A stretch of 62,988 nucleotides of DNA, counting the filler, from Hyphochytrium catenoides (Eukaryota > Protista > Hyphochytriomycota): the NCBI GenBank assembly GCA_900088475.1. It is 6 parts of 6 records of this genome, joined end to end, with 100 filler letters (N's around TTAATTAATTAA, not from the genome) between each part and the next. Parts side by side here need not be neighbours in the genome. Positions count along the whole stretch, not along the records: positions 31,385 to 54,638 come from FLMG01000186.1; 5 more parts are not named here. One strand, written 5' to 3'. The position numbers and the translations under genes are program-made. Below, in pieces: positions 37,745 to 49,789 of this stretch. The notes under the pieces are model-generated. The model did no database searches. It was not told the origin of the DNA and was given only the letters and a program-made list of their open reading frames with translations. Numbering within the stretch: position 1 is the stretch's first letter; every line of letters starts with the position of its first letter.

Positions 37745-40700
37745 CATTTCTCTTTCTCTCTCTCTCTCTCTCATGTCTCTCCCCCCTCTCTGTCTCCAGC
37801 TCTCTCTCTCCACTGTTCCGTCTGTATGGTTGTTTGTCCTACAGCTAATAACTGCCAAGAGACGTGCAGACAGAGCGAGGCACGGCTTCTGATTCGCATC
37901 TTCTGCAGTGGTCGAAAGATGGCAATGGCTCTCTCTTTCTTCGTCCTCTGCTATTGTTCTCTCTCTCTCTCTCTCCTCTTCTCTCTCTCCCTGCTGCTGT
38001 TGCATCAACGTTTCTGTTGTCTCAGGGTCACTCTCCTTCAGCTCAAGGCGGCTAGCAAGCTCTTTCTTTTCTCCTTCCCATTCTTATTTTGTTTCGGTCT
38101 CTTCTGTCTCTTCCTTCTTTCTTCTGTCTCTCTCTCTTTCTCCCTCTCTCTTTCTCCCTCTCTCTTTCTCCCTCTCTCTTCTCTCTTTNNNNNNNNNNNN
38201 NNNNNNNNNNNNNNNNNNNNNNNNCGAGGGTCGGAATCATTGCTGATCAAGCAAAAAATCTCTTTGGTCTTTAGACCTGAGCTTTTGGCCCTCAAGTACA
38301 GTGAACCAAGGCTTGCTGACGAAGATAGAAGAGAGAGAGAGGAAGGGATAGATGACGACAGAGAGAGAAAGAGAGAGAGAGAAAGAGAGGGGAAAATAAT
38401 AAGAGAGAGAAAGCGCGAGGGACCCAAGAGAGACAGAGTGGGCGTACCAGAGACTTAGGTAAAGAGGACGAATGGGAATAGATGTAGGGTATATGATGAG
38501 AGAGAGAGGAAAAGAAGCGACAGAGAGAGAGAAAGAGAGAGGAAGAGAGAAACAGACTGGCGATAGAAGAGAGGAAGTTCAGGACCCAGAGAGAGGCTGA
38601 TCAATGATCAAGAAGAGGTAAGAAAGATGGATTCGCATCTATTTTTTCCAGCCGGTGTCCTTCCATCCTCATCATTTTGATGTCTCCCCTCCTCTCTCTC
38701 TCTTCTTCTCGCCACCCACACCCATTATTTCCCTCGGTTCTCCTTCTTTTTTCCTCTCTCTTGTTCTCTCTCTCTCTTCTCCTCTGTCACTCTATCGTCT
38801 GCAGTAAGGAGAGAGAGAGAGAGAGAAACGCAGGACGTCTCAAAAGGTATAGAAGAAGAGAATAAAGACAAATGTAAGGCGTGACGGGAGCCATCATCCC
38901 CCCTTGTGATTCTCTGACTCGACGAAGGTTTGGAGGGAAAGTGGAGGAGAGTGAGGACAGACAGAAACCCACCAGAATAGGGTGTGTTGTTGGAGGGAGA
39001 GAGAGAGAGACAGAGAGACAGAGAGACAGAGAGAGGAAAAAAGAGAGAAAGGAAGAGGTAGGGCGAGAGAAAAAAGAGAGAGAAAGAGAGAGAGAGGGAG
39101 AGAGAGAGAGAGAGAAGGAGAGAGAGATAGATAGAGAGAGAACAGAGAGGGAGAAGAGAGAGAGAGAGAGCGAAGAAGAGAAAGAAAGATCCCTTTCGGC
39201 TGGCAAAGAGACGAGGAGCAATCGCCAAAAGATGGTCAAAATACCTCTGAAAGATTCAGAAATAAGCAACGTTACTGAAAGGCTTTGAAAGGCTCCGATA
39301 CTATATTGACTTGAAACAATTCCTGTAAAAAATTCATTCTTTTCTGCAATATTGGAACCTCTTGAGATGACCAGAACCGGCTCTCTGCAGAGGCAACGAG
39401 GCAGTAAGAGGAAAGAGAGAGAGGCAGAGAGAGACAGTGCAAGGAAGAGAAGCAATTTATTGGGGTTGCACTTCCCTCCTAGCCGGCGAAGGATCAGACA
39501 GTTGTAAGAGAGAGCGAGAGCCGTCCTTCCTAAAGAGCGGCATAGGATTGGATATTGAAGAATAGGATGTTGAAGTCTTATCGCCGTTTGTGTACGTTCT
39601 TTCATTATTGGCTCTCTCTCTTCCTCTCTCTTTCATTCTCTTGCTCCTTGCCCCCTCTTTCTTCTCTCTTTCTCCTCTCTTCCTCTCTCTTCTTCTCTCT
39701 TGTCTCTCTCTGTCTCTCTCTCTCTCTTTCTCTTTCTCTCTCTCTGTCTCTGTCTCTGTCTGTCTCTCTGTCTCCTTGTCTCTCTCTCTCTCTCTCTCTC
39801 TCTCTNNNNNNNNNNNNNNNNNNNNNNNNNNNNNNNNNNNNNNNNNNNNNNNNNNNNNNNNNNNNNNNNNNNNNNNNNNNTCTCTCTCTCTCTCTCTCTC
39901 TCACCATTTGCTTCTTCCAGCTTGTCTCCCTCCAACCTTCCCCTCCTCGAGACGTCTCTCCTGCAGCCCCAAGAACCTTTAGCATCCATCACTGGCAACT
40001 CAGAACTCTTAGGACTATGAGTACCAGAGTTAGTTCTACTGGTCAGGATAACGCATAGAGTCCGACTTCGGAGGATAAGAAACCATGAGAAGGAAAGAAC
40101 TGTGAACGAAAGGATAAGAGCTATCTGCCATGTCATTCTACGTCTCTTTTTCTTTCCCAGGGAAGGTTCTCACATCAACGTCTCTCTTGACCAGTCCCTT
40201 TGAACTATCTCGTCCGTCGTCTTATCCCTTGTTTCCTGAGCAGGAGAGACTTGCTGATGTCGACACGGGAAGTTAAAAAAAAGGAAGACGATGGCGCTAA
40301 TAATGCCTGATGACGTCGGAAGAGTCGTAATGACTGAGGTTCCACGTTGGAGAGCTCTCTTAGGCCAACATTCGGGGGTACAGGGAACAGGAACAGCCGA
40401 CCGCGCGAGAGAGAGTGAGGAGTGTAACTGAAAAGTGAGAGAGAGTAGAGAAAGAGAAAGAGAACTTCCAACAAGGGCAACACGAGATTGGAGCAGAGAT
40501 TGTTCAACTAAGAAGGGTTCTACGATCGGGTAGAGATGTACGGACATACCTAGAGCGTAGGAATATCTTCCCTATTCAACTCTCTCCCTGCTCTGTTGAC
40601 TTCATAAGGGAGAAGAATGAAGAGAGAGAGAGAGAGATAGCGAGGAGAAGGAAAAACGAGGAAGGAAATACAGATAAGGTGACCGCGGAAGTGGGAGAGA

Positions 40701-41307
40701 GAGAGAGAGAGCGAGCGAGAGAATAATGACAGGGAGGAGAGAGGGGAGCAACCAAATGGAAGAGAGAAACTGAGAGTGGTAAGCTCCTTTTACTCTGGGG
40801 ACTCCATTGTTCCGATTCAGTGCTCTTCAGCTCCGTCAATAACATGATTGACTCTAAAGGAGAGAATGGTGGACGCTCCCTCTCTCTCCTCTCTGCTTTT
40901 CCTTTCTTTCATTTCCTCTCTTCTCTCGCTCTCTCCTTTCTTTTCTCATCCTACTTTCTCAATCCATAACCATCGGTGGACAATCTTCTGCCAGCTCCTG
41001 CTTCTCCCAAATATCTCTCTTTCTTTGCCCTCACTCTCCCTTCTTGCCTCTCTCTTCCCGAGAAAGCGAAGAGACCGCATCAGACAAGAAAGAGCAAAGA
41101 GCGAAACTTCGGGAGGCGGAAGATAGCTGCGGTCACCTAGCGCTCCAGGCCTGACGCCTCTGTATACTTAGCAATCTTCCGTGGAAGAGTGAAGCCGGCT
41201 CCACTGTGCGCGGGCAGCATCTTGGCTGCTGAGGGTTTGAAAAGGATAAAGCAAGAGATTCTGAGGCTGTGAGAAAGAGAAGTGAGACCACGTGAGAGAG
41301 AGACACA

Positions 41308-42628
41308 ATGGCACAGCGTCCAATGCAGGGCCTGAAGTCCCCACATCTCTTCTCTCTTCTATTGACACTGTCTTCCTCCCTTGTCCTCCTCATCGCTTTC
41401 TCTCCCTTCCCTGTGGAGTCTCTCCCTTCAAGTCCTGCCGTCTTTCCTCTCTCTCCAGCTGCGACAGTGGCAGATGAGAGTACGAAAAAACCATGCTGCA
41501 CATTAGAGAAAGGCGTGCATTTTGAAGGAAACGACATCAAGAGCGCGTCAAGCCCCAGCCCTGAAGGCTGTTGCTCCATCTGTCAGGCAACACCTGCCTG
41601 TGGGGCTTTCACTTGGAGCAACTTTCAAGGAGGAACTTGCTGGTTAAAGACTGGAAAGGGAGAGACTGCCTTGGTCCCAGGTGTCTCTTCTGCCAGGCTG
41701 GAGCTGAGCTCTCCTCAGACTGTGCAGGCTGACATCCCGCCTCTCCCTTCTGCTGATTCTCCTCTTCCCATCTCTTCAGAAGAGACTTCCAGCCCTGATT
41801 CTCGGCTTGCGTTGGGGCCTCAGCATCCCCAGCCTACTCCTTGCCCTACAAAGACTAACGCAACCGCGGTGGAGGCCCCTGAGCCCAGTGATGCGCAGGT
41901 GAAGCCTAATGTTATCTCGGTGACAAACAACTCCTCACAAGGAAGCAACTCGTCTCTTCCTTCTGGCGAGAAAGAGCCAGCAAAGCCGGCCGTACAGCCT
42001 AACTTTGTGGTTGTAAAAGCTCCAGAAATGTGCTTCAAGAAGACACAAGGGAGAGGCGCAGGTGTGCCGATGAAAGTCCAATGCCGTGAAGATGAAGACC
42101 AATGGGGCGGGCTCTGCTATCCAAAGTGTAAGGAAGGATATGAAGCCGTCGGGTGCTGTCTCTGCAGAAAGANNNNNNNNNNNNNGCGCCCCGACCTGTC
42201 CTGAGGGCTATAGTGGCGCGGGCGGCTTGATCTGCTACAAGGATCACTATGGACGAGGGTTCGGGACATCTAGGCTTGCCTGTGAGGATGGACTAGAGGA
42301 GCAATCGGGCCTCTGCTATGAGAAATGTTCGGATAACTATCATGGTCTAGGGCCTCTCTGTTGGGCGCGGTGTCCCAGGCTTACGAGTCATGAATGTGGA
42401 ATAATGTGCACCAAGGACGCTGCAAAGTGCAAAGAGTCCCAAACTTATCTCTCAGGCGCTGCAGGAAGTATCGGCTTCTCAATACTCGGTGTCCCTCTAG
42501 GAATGGCCATCTTTGGAGTCCCCTTAGGAGCTTCGCTGATAAGTGGAGCCGTGGGCGTCGGCACTGGCGCGGCTGCAAGTTCAAGATTGAACTGGCAAGC
42601 CAAGTGCGAAGAATATCAACCTCTTTAG
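41308..42628 (+). CDS. Secreted PAN/Apple-domain protein with Pro/Ser/Thr linker, Cys-rich 'GRG-LCYxKC' repeats and a hydrophobic Gly-rich C-terminal segment
   Basis: Hydrophobic N-terminus. Apple-like CTLEKGVHFEGNDI...CCSICQATPACGAFTWSNFQGGTCWLK. Repeats GRGAG...GGLCYPKCKEGY and GRGFG...SGLCYEKCSDNYHGLGPLCWARCP. The apparent frameshift coincides with the N gap at 42172-42185. Confidence 0.85.
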
Positions 42629-43420
42629 ACAAAAGATCTCTCTTTCTCTCTCTCTCTCTCTCTTTCTCTGGACTGCTGCTCTGGTCCCCTTTCCCAAGAA
42701 TAGTTCTTGTGCCAGGAAGAGGTTCTCAGCTTCCCTCGCGGCGGATCAGCGGCGGGCAGTAGCAATCTTTCTCGGTCTATTATTTATCTTCAACCGCAAT
42801 GAACAGAGATATTCTTTCTTAGTATTTGACAATCAATCACTGCTCTGCCCGTGAGAAGTTCTGGCCCATGGTCCCTAACTTTTATATCCAACAGACGCTA
42901 GCGTTCTCCTAGGCAAAGGGATGTTAAGGTTGATCGATGAATAGGATGAATAGGGAGAGAGAGAAAGGGAAGAAAAAATTGAAGGGTGAGAGAAGGGAAG
43001 AAGAGAACGGATGACGGCAGGCAGAAGAGACTGACGAAGCAAGTGAGAGAGAACAGAAAGGACAGTTCGAACGACTTCCCACAGAGAGAGAGAAGATGCG
43101 ACCAAGCTACGCCTTCTTCCTTCACCGCATCTCGTAGTCTTAAAGGAGTCTTCCAAGCTTTCTATGTGTCTCTTCTCTCCACTACTCATGATCACCATCC
43201 TCTAGCCGTCCCATAATGCCCTTGCCTCGTGCACACCCAGCCGTGGAGCAGCCACGTCCTGGATGAGCGGAGAGGGCCATACCCCAAGGTTCTACGCTTA
43301 ATAACATCGTTGATCTCTCTCTCGGTGCCCAGACTTCTTCAACCAAGTAGGAAAGTGCTAGCGCAGTAGCTCTGCATGCCCAACAAAGTGGCGCCGCTGG
43401 CATCTACATAAACAATCCCC

Positions 43421-43453
<33 letters not shown>

Positions 43454-43942
43454 TTGGTCTGCCTGCGGGCCTGCTCTGCAGCTGGAGCTGGGGCATGTGC
43501 AAGTGAACCGGTCACGTCTGGCTGCTGGTCTGGGCAAGTGAATCGCTTCGGTGTGTAGAGGGACGAGAGAGACAGCAAAAGAGAGAGAGAGAGAGACAGA
43601 AAGAGAGAGAGAAGGAGAGACAGAGCCAGAAAGAGAGAGAGAGAGAGAGAAAGAAAGAGAGAGAGAGAGAGTCAGGGAAGCCGGTAACCCCCGTTCCGGC
43701 TAAAAGATAGCCGTTACCGGCGGTTGCAGAGGTTTATTGGGTGAGTGGTGGAGCCTGCCAGATCTGCATTCTGAAGCTTTTTATTGACTGCAGATTGTTG
43801 CGTCTCGTCACAGAGATCTGCAGCCCGACCGTCAGGAGCGTCCATAATAAGATTCTACGTCAACGACGCACCCTTGTCTGCTGTTCACTTTGTATGCGTT
43901 CATAGAAGAAGTGGCTGACAGGCTACTAGCAGAAGGAAAAGG

Positions 43943-44645
43943 ATGCAGACTCGGTGGCTGAATAAGTCGGTGGAGGTAGTAGCTCAGGCGCTGAAGCCTC
44001 AAAAAGTAGATGGAAAGTGGCGCGGGTCGCAGATCTCAAAGCGCATTGCAGCAGCCATTAGAAAGGATGCCATCCGCAATAATCTCTATGGACAATGGGT
44101 AGAGGGCCAAGGTCAGCTTAGAATGATACGGACTGACTATATATTCATCCTCCCTCTGCCTCGGGATCATCAGCGCTTGCTCTTCCAGCTCTCACACTTC
44201 TGTTGTCTTACGCGCCATTGCTTACCGCTTTATTGGTCTATTTTAGGTGGTTGGCTAGAAGAATGGGATCTGCCTCAAAAGGCTAAGATTCCTAGACCAA
44301 ACAAGGGACACTTGCGAGAAAGAAACAAGGACGAGAGGTGATGGCGTTACTCTGAGAGGGGACTAAAGATTGTGGGAAGAAGGCTCATGGTTCTTCTCTT
44401 TCTCCTATCTTCGTTTTGCTTCCCTTCATAACAGGATTGACAAGATTCTCAAGGGTCTGTCCGAGCAAGACAAGCGGTTGGAGGCCCACTATGCCGTGAG
44501 TAGAGAACAGCAGCTCTGTGCTATGTTCCTCTAGATGCTAAGCTCTTCGTTGCCTTTCTCTTCTCGTCCTTAACAGGCTATCAGGGCCAGCAAAGTGAAG
44601 ACAGGGCTAGACAAATGGATCAAGAAGGAGGCATGGGAGAAGTAA
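43943..44645 (+). CDS. Mitochondrial ribosomal protein mL59 (yeast MRPL25-like), 4 exons
   Basis: ALKPQKVDGKWRGSQISKRIAAAIRKDAI...GGWLEEWD...KGHLRERNKDER|IDKILKGLSEQDKRLEAHYA|AIRASKVKTGLDKWIKKEAWEK. Fits the mL59 W-x-P-x-S-x-R and KGH-x-ER patterns from memory. Confidence 0.8.
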
Positions 44646-45020
44646 TGCAGCCGACAATAGTATCCAGGGAGCCCAGCATTCACTCTTCGAAGAGAGAGAG
44701 AGAGGGAGAGAGAGAGACAGCTCTTTCATAGTAGAGGAGAAGCCATCGTAGAGGCACTCCCTTCTAGCTTGGCTCTTCCTTTCTCGTTGGAAGGGTGGAA
44801 GCCATTCTCGCTTCTTCAGATTAGCCTGAGAACGAGAGAGAACAAGGACGCTTCTTCCCTTCTGCTATTTACTTCCCTTCGCCACCCTTCTTTCTCTCCA
44901 GATCCCTTCTTTCTCCCCATATCCCTCCTTCTCTGTTTCTCTTGCCCCTTCAGCAACCCTGACCTTCGTAAAAATGTTAAATATCCTTAAGAGTTCATTA
45001 TCAAGGCTCATCCTGCTGCT

Positions 45021-47371
45021 TTATTCCATCCATTTTAAAGAGCCCACCAAGAAGAAGTTGGATGGCCGTGGACCCGGACAAGGAGCGAGAACAGTCATTG
45101 TCTTCGACTCTACATTCACTTTCTGGCTGGAGATGGAAAATTGAGGGAGAGCGAAAGACGATCGGCGTCAACGGACAAACGTTTAGGAAGTGGATATGCA
45201 AGACGGGGAGAGGGACACAAAGCCCACGACGACGATCAGTAGACACCCTAGAGAAGAGAGTAAAGCTATAGAGGCCACCCTCAGAAGGCGTAGAGTACGG
45301 CGAGAGGGAGACGGGCATTCAGAGAAGCAGAAGAGAGAGGAAGGGTAGCACAATGTCCATGTCGCACTCTTGGTGGTGCAGCTGTTCTCAGGAAGAAGCG
45401 AAAAAGAAAAGACCCAGACGGAAATTTTCTTTGCACAGAGACGCACAGACGTGGTGTCACTTACACGCAGACAAAGCCTGCCACGTTGGCAGCCACCAGC
45501 TGCTCCGACAATTCTTGAGCCCCAAGCTAGAGCAGAGAGAGCGAGAGAGAGAGCCAACGTTACCTTACTGAGAGCACGGGAACTGATAGCACAGATAGAG
45601 CTGGGTGGCATGATGGACATATGTTCTCTCTTCCCCCGCTTCTCTGCCGATTGGCTCTGACTTGCTTCTCTTTCCTTCTACAAGCCTATAGGCCCACATC
45701 CCCTTGCAAGTTCTTGTTCCATGTGCACTTCCACCCGTACTTTGTCATTGTTCGCGATGTTGTCATCTGTCTCTCACCTCGTCGTCATCTATGTGGCATA
45801 CTGCCATTATTGAGAGGTTGAGGTCTGCCGAAGGCGTTACTGTGTGAACATTGAGGTCCCGTAGGGAAGATTGCTGCCCCACAGGGAGAACAGCGTCTGT
45901 CACAACCACATCTGCCAGCAGAGGAGTTGTAAAGGAAATGTGCTTTAGTGCCAGATGTCAACCAAAAAGACGGAGGGGAGTGAGCTCAACTTAAAGAAAC
46001 TGGAGAAGAATAGAGCCAAACTAGAGCAAGACATCTGTATCCAAATAGAATGTAGACTGACTGGAGGAGAGTGATGAAGTCTCAAAGAATAGAGGCCAAG
46101 AGGCTATACAAGGAAGGTAGAGACAGAAAGGCCGTTCAGAGCAAGAAAACTGAAGGAAGTATGGCACAAGTAGAAAGGAAGACGAGAAGGAAAGATAATA
46201 AGACCAGATGCTGACCTTACCGGTGACCCTAAAGATCTTTACTTCTCTAAAAGATATCTCCTGAATGGTAGGAGACAGATCGACGTCCCCAGTCGCTGCT
46301 TGTTTTCCATAAAAATATTCCCGTATGTCACTGTTTCTTTTCCTCAATCTGCCTTGGTCATTTCTCTGCACCACGCCTCCAGAGATGGCAAGCTTCACCA
46401 CTGTCACGGAGGGAGAGAGAGGCGCGGGAGAGGAGAATGCATTCCTCATCTCTACGACAAGCCTGTCGTCTCCGAGGACGACGACAACATCTACTTCAAG
46501 AGCCTTGGCGCATTGGACTAGAAGTGAGACACCTTGTGCGTCCACTAGGCTAGATGTGTTGATTACAACGCCAGAGGCGTTTGCTGCAGATGGAACGGAG
46601 AAGAATAGAGAAGGTCGGGGAGAGAGAGAGCGAGAGACACAAAGAGAGAAAAGAGAGCGATAGTCAGGAAGATATAAAGAGAGTCAATTAACCCATCAAG
46701 ATACAGCCAAGAAAGTATTTAAGGACAATAGAGCGTCATAGAAAGACATTCCAGGCTCTGAAGGAGCGATACAGCCAACAAATGCCGCCCTTTCGGAAGG
46801 TGTAGGCAGCCAAGGAAGAAAAGCCACAGCAGCCTAAAAGTCCGCGCTCTATGGAAAGGAGGCAGTTGAGATGAGAGAAAGACGCCGAATGACACTAAGG
46901 AAAGGGATGTGAGAAGGAGAACAGCAGGCCGTGTTCAGACCTAGAGCGTCCTTTTCTAATCTTCCTTTCACGCTAGCGGCTAGGCGCTCTACAAGCTTCT
47001 TATATAACTTCGGATTCTGCGTTGGCGAGCTGTCGCCATAGAAATAACCCAGCGGGGCCAAGTTCTGGAAGGTGCTCTACGAGGACCGCGAGCAGGAGAG
47101 ACAGAGACAAGAGAGATGAGAAGAGACCAGGGTCCAGAAAGTGAGGGCGAAGAAGAGAGAGTAAGGGAGACGTATGTCCAAGATGGTGGTGGGCACAGCG
47201 CCACAGGCGAAGTTACGCATTGCGAGTGAGAAGCAATCTCTGTCTTCCCTCTCGTTCTTTGACCTTGTCCCTGCTTTCGGCCTCTCTTAGGCCTTACCGC
47301 ACTCAAGAACTTCCCCTCGTTTTCTATATAAAGCTCAGGAATGCTGACGTAGCATTTTCTCGCGCATTATT

Positions 47372-47409
<38 letters not shown>

Positions 47410-48838
47410 TTCCCTCTCTTTCAGGTTTTTCTCTTTACCTGGACGGAAAGACAGTTTTGGTCGAGGGGAGAGGCTGCAATAGTGCCTGGGATGGTGACAA
47501 TAGAGCCTTGGGCTACGTCTAAGTCCACATACGTTGGAGTCCGATTCAATCTCAAGGCATAGCTCAGGAGAAGTTTGCAGAGAGACGTCTTTCCAGAGTC
47601 CTTTCGACCCACCACGAGTACCTGAGAGTGAGAAAGAAAAGCATAAGACAGCGCAGCATCAAGAGGAAGCGCATGGAGAAAGAAACGGTGTCAATGGCTG
47701 TAGAAGAAAGAGCGACTGTGACAGAGAGTGTTGTTTCTGCCAGCAAAAGCATAGCCAGAGCAAGAAGATGAGAGTTCAGGAGGACAAGCCTGTACCAGGC
47801 CCGCCGATGTGCAGAAAGTTAGAGAACGAGAAGAAAAGGTTTTGAAAGCTAGGACGAGTTGAAGCTAAGACAACCCTGGTTTCCCCGGAGAATTAGGAAG
47901 GAGATTTGAGATATCGAGAAGCGACACACATGAGAGAGACAGGCACAATGCAGAGTAATGGAGAGAGATCAGAGTATGGACCGTAGAAGAAGACGATGAG
48001 AAAAAGAGAGAGAATAAGAAAAGACAAAGAGGGGGAAAGCAAGAAAGAGAGAGAGAGAGACAGAGAGACAGAGAGGGAAGAAAGACAGAGAGAAGAGGGA
48101 TTACGAAGCCTTCAGGTCCCCTGCGCTAGGTTTAGCATAAGAGAAGGATAAGCGGAAGGAGTACCTTGGGACCTGCGGTTCCTTTCTCCACCGCCGTCTC
48201 TCTTCTCGCCTCCAGCTGGGCGTGCAAGTTTATATAGCTAACCTGTGATGAGAGAAAAGTCAGCAAAATCCCCGTCTCTCGTCTCATCTTACACTGTGTC
48301 TTCCATTTTTTAACTACTCCTGCCCATTTTCCCTAACTGTTATCTTCACGTTCATTGCCAACAAGCCGTTCCTAACTTCTCTCTCTCGCGCTTTCTCTCT
48401 CTCCCACACACACTCTCTCTCTCTCTGTCTCTTCGTCTGTGTCTCTCTTTCTCTTAGTCCTCTCTCTCCTGGCCTTTACCCGTTCTCCTTCATTTTAGAC
48501 TTCTTCCCGTCTCTCCTCTTGATCCCCAAGAGGGCTCCCTGATGGGCTCAGCCGCTCTAGTGCCTTACCATTGGAGTCTCATCGGAGACGTAAATTATGT
48601 CAACCTGGCTCGCACGGGTCTCCAGCACACATCCTAACCAAGTGAAGACGGCTAGCTTGGTGTCCGTGAACTTGTATTCCACTCCCGGCGCCAGCTCCGT
48701 TCCAAAGATCTCCGCTGTGCCACTTTTTATCTTCAAGGAGAGAGTATGTCCTGGACCCACTTCAAAACGGAGCTCATTCTCCTTCTGGAGGATCCATTCT
48801 TTGGTCTCTAGCGCAACGGATCCATCACCAGTCGCCAT
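45021..48838 (-). CDS. CLP1: mRNA cleavage/polyadenylation factor and RNA 5'-kinase CLP1
   Basis: ENELRFEV...[10 protein letters not shown]...AVFTWLGC...YVSDETPM|VSYINLH; P-loop [12 protein letters not shown]; YVDLDVAQG...PGTI; SGVVINT; SGGVVQR...IREYFYG; NVAGFVCV|...MTVLAPCPG...GSLKWME-stop. Confidence 0.97.
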
Positions 48839-49789
48839 CCTTCCGATTCTTCTTCGACCAGCTTCCTTTCTGTCTGACTCGCCAACTGTGTAATGAGCTA
48901 TGAGAACCTGCTCTAGCGTTAACTACGTGCGAGCTTCAACCACGGATCGAGAGCGTCTTCGCAAGTCTTCACCAAGAATCTGCAGATTTCTTCATCAAAA
49001 TATTCTGAAGATTTGCGGCTTTGGTGGCCAGCTACATATATTACTTTCGTGTGGTATTCAACTAGGTTCGGTAATAGAGCCGTTACGGCCTTCAGTAGTA
49101 GGCGACAGCGAGCGTTTAATATCGGAGTGACCCATTATGTTCCGTAATTTGGTTACAGCTCTCACAACTGTCGGATCCCAACGTACTTTCCAGCATCTTG
49201 ACCAAGGCTGATGCAGATAGCGCTGCAAAGAGGCAGCACCGTGCAAAGAGGCAGGGTGACAAGGCTGTGCAGAAGCGACGGGGATGAAGAGAAGCATGTC
49301 ATGGCGGAAGTCAGGAAGAAGACTGAGAAAGACGGAACAAAGAATATATGGAGAACCTCTGAAGGAGCACCACCTGTACATTCTATTCAATTTATAAACT
49401 TCAAAGGCTCATTTACATCTCCTTGTGCCCTCTTTATAAGCCAGTCGAGGCCTTAACATGCGAGGAATAGAGAATGGACAACTTGTTTAACGCTTCCGTA
49501 CGACCTTCAGCTGCTAAAGACGGACTCCGTCTGTGTGTCCCCGTAAGCCGTGTCCCATTAGTGCCTCAGACTATGGGACAAAAATCATTACCTTCAACGA
49601 TTCAGAGCATGGTCTAGTGCAGCTTCTGCTATAAGTAGCAAGAAGGGCAACTTAGAGCGGAAGCCTAACTTACATGAGGGCAAGAGCTGCATTTTGATTG
49701 GGAAAGGAGGCAGAGAGACCCTGAACAGCGGAGGAAAGGGATTAAGGGGATATAGAATATGTAGCCATAGGGCTAGGAATGTCATTTAC

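Noticed and set aside
39950-40850. Exon-like non-repetitive patches on the minus strand; also 13150-14550 and 61650-61930
   Set aside because: No consistent reading frame or recognisable motif could be assembled.
42172-42185. Apparent frameshift in the Apple-domain gene
   Set aside because: Coincides with an N gap of estimated length; no evidence for programmed frameshifting.
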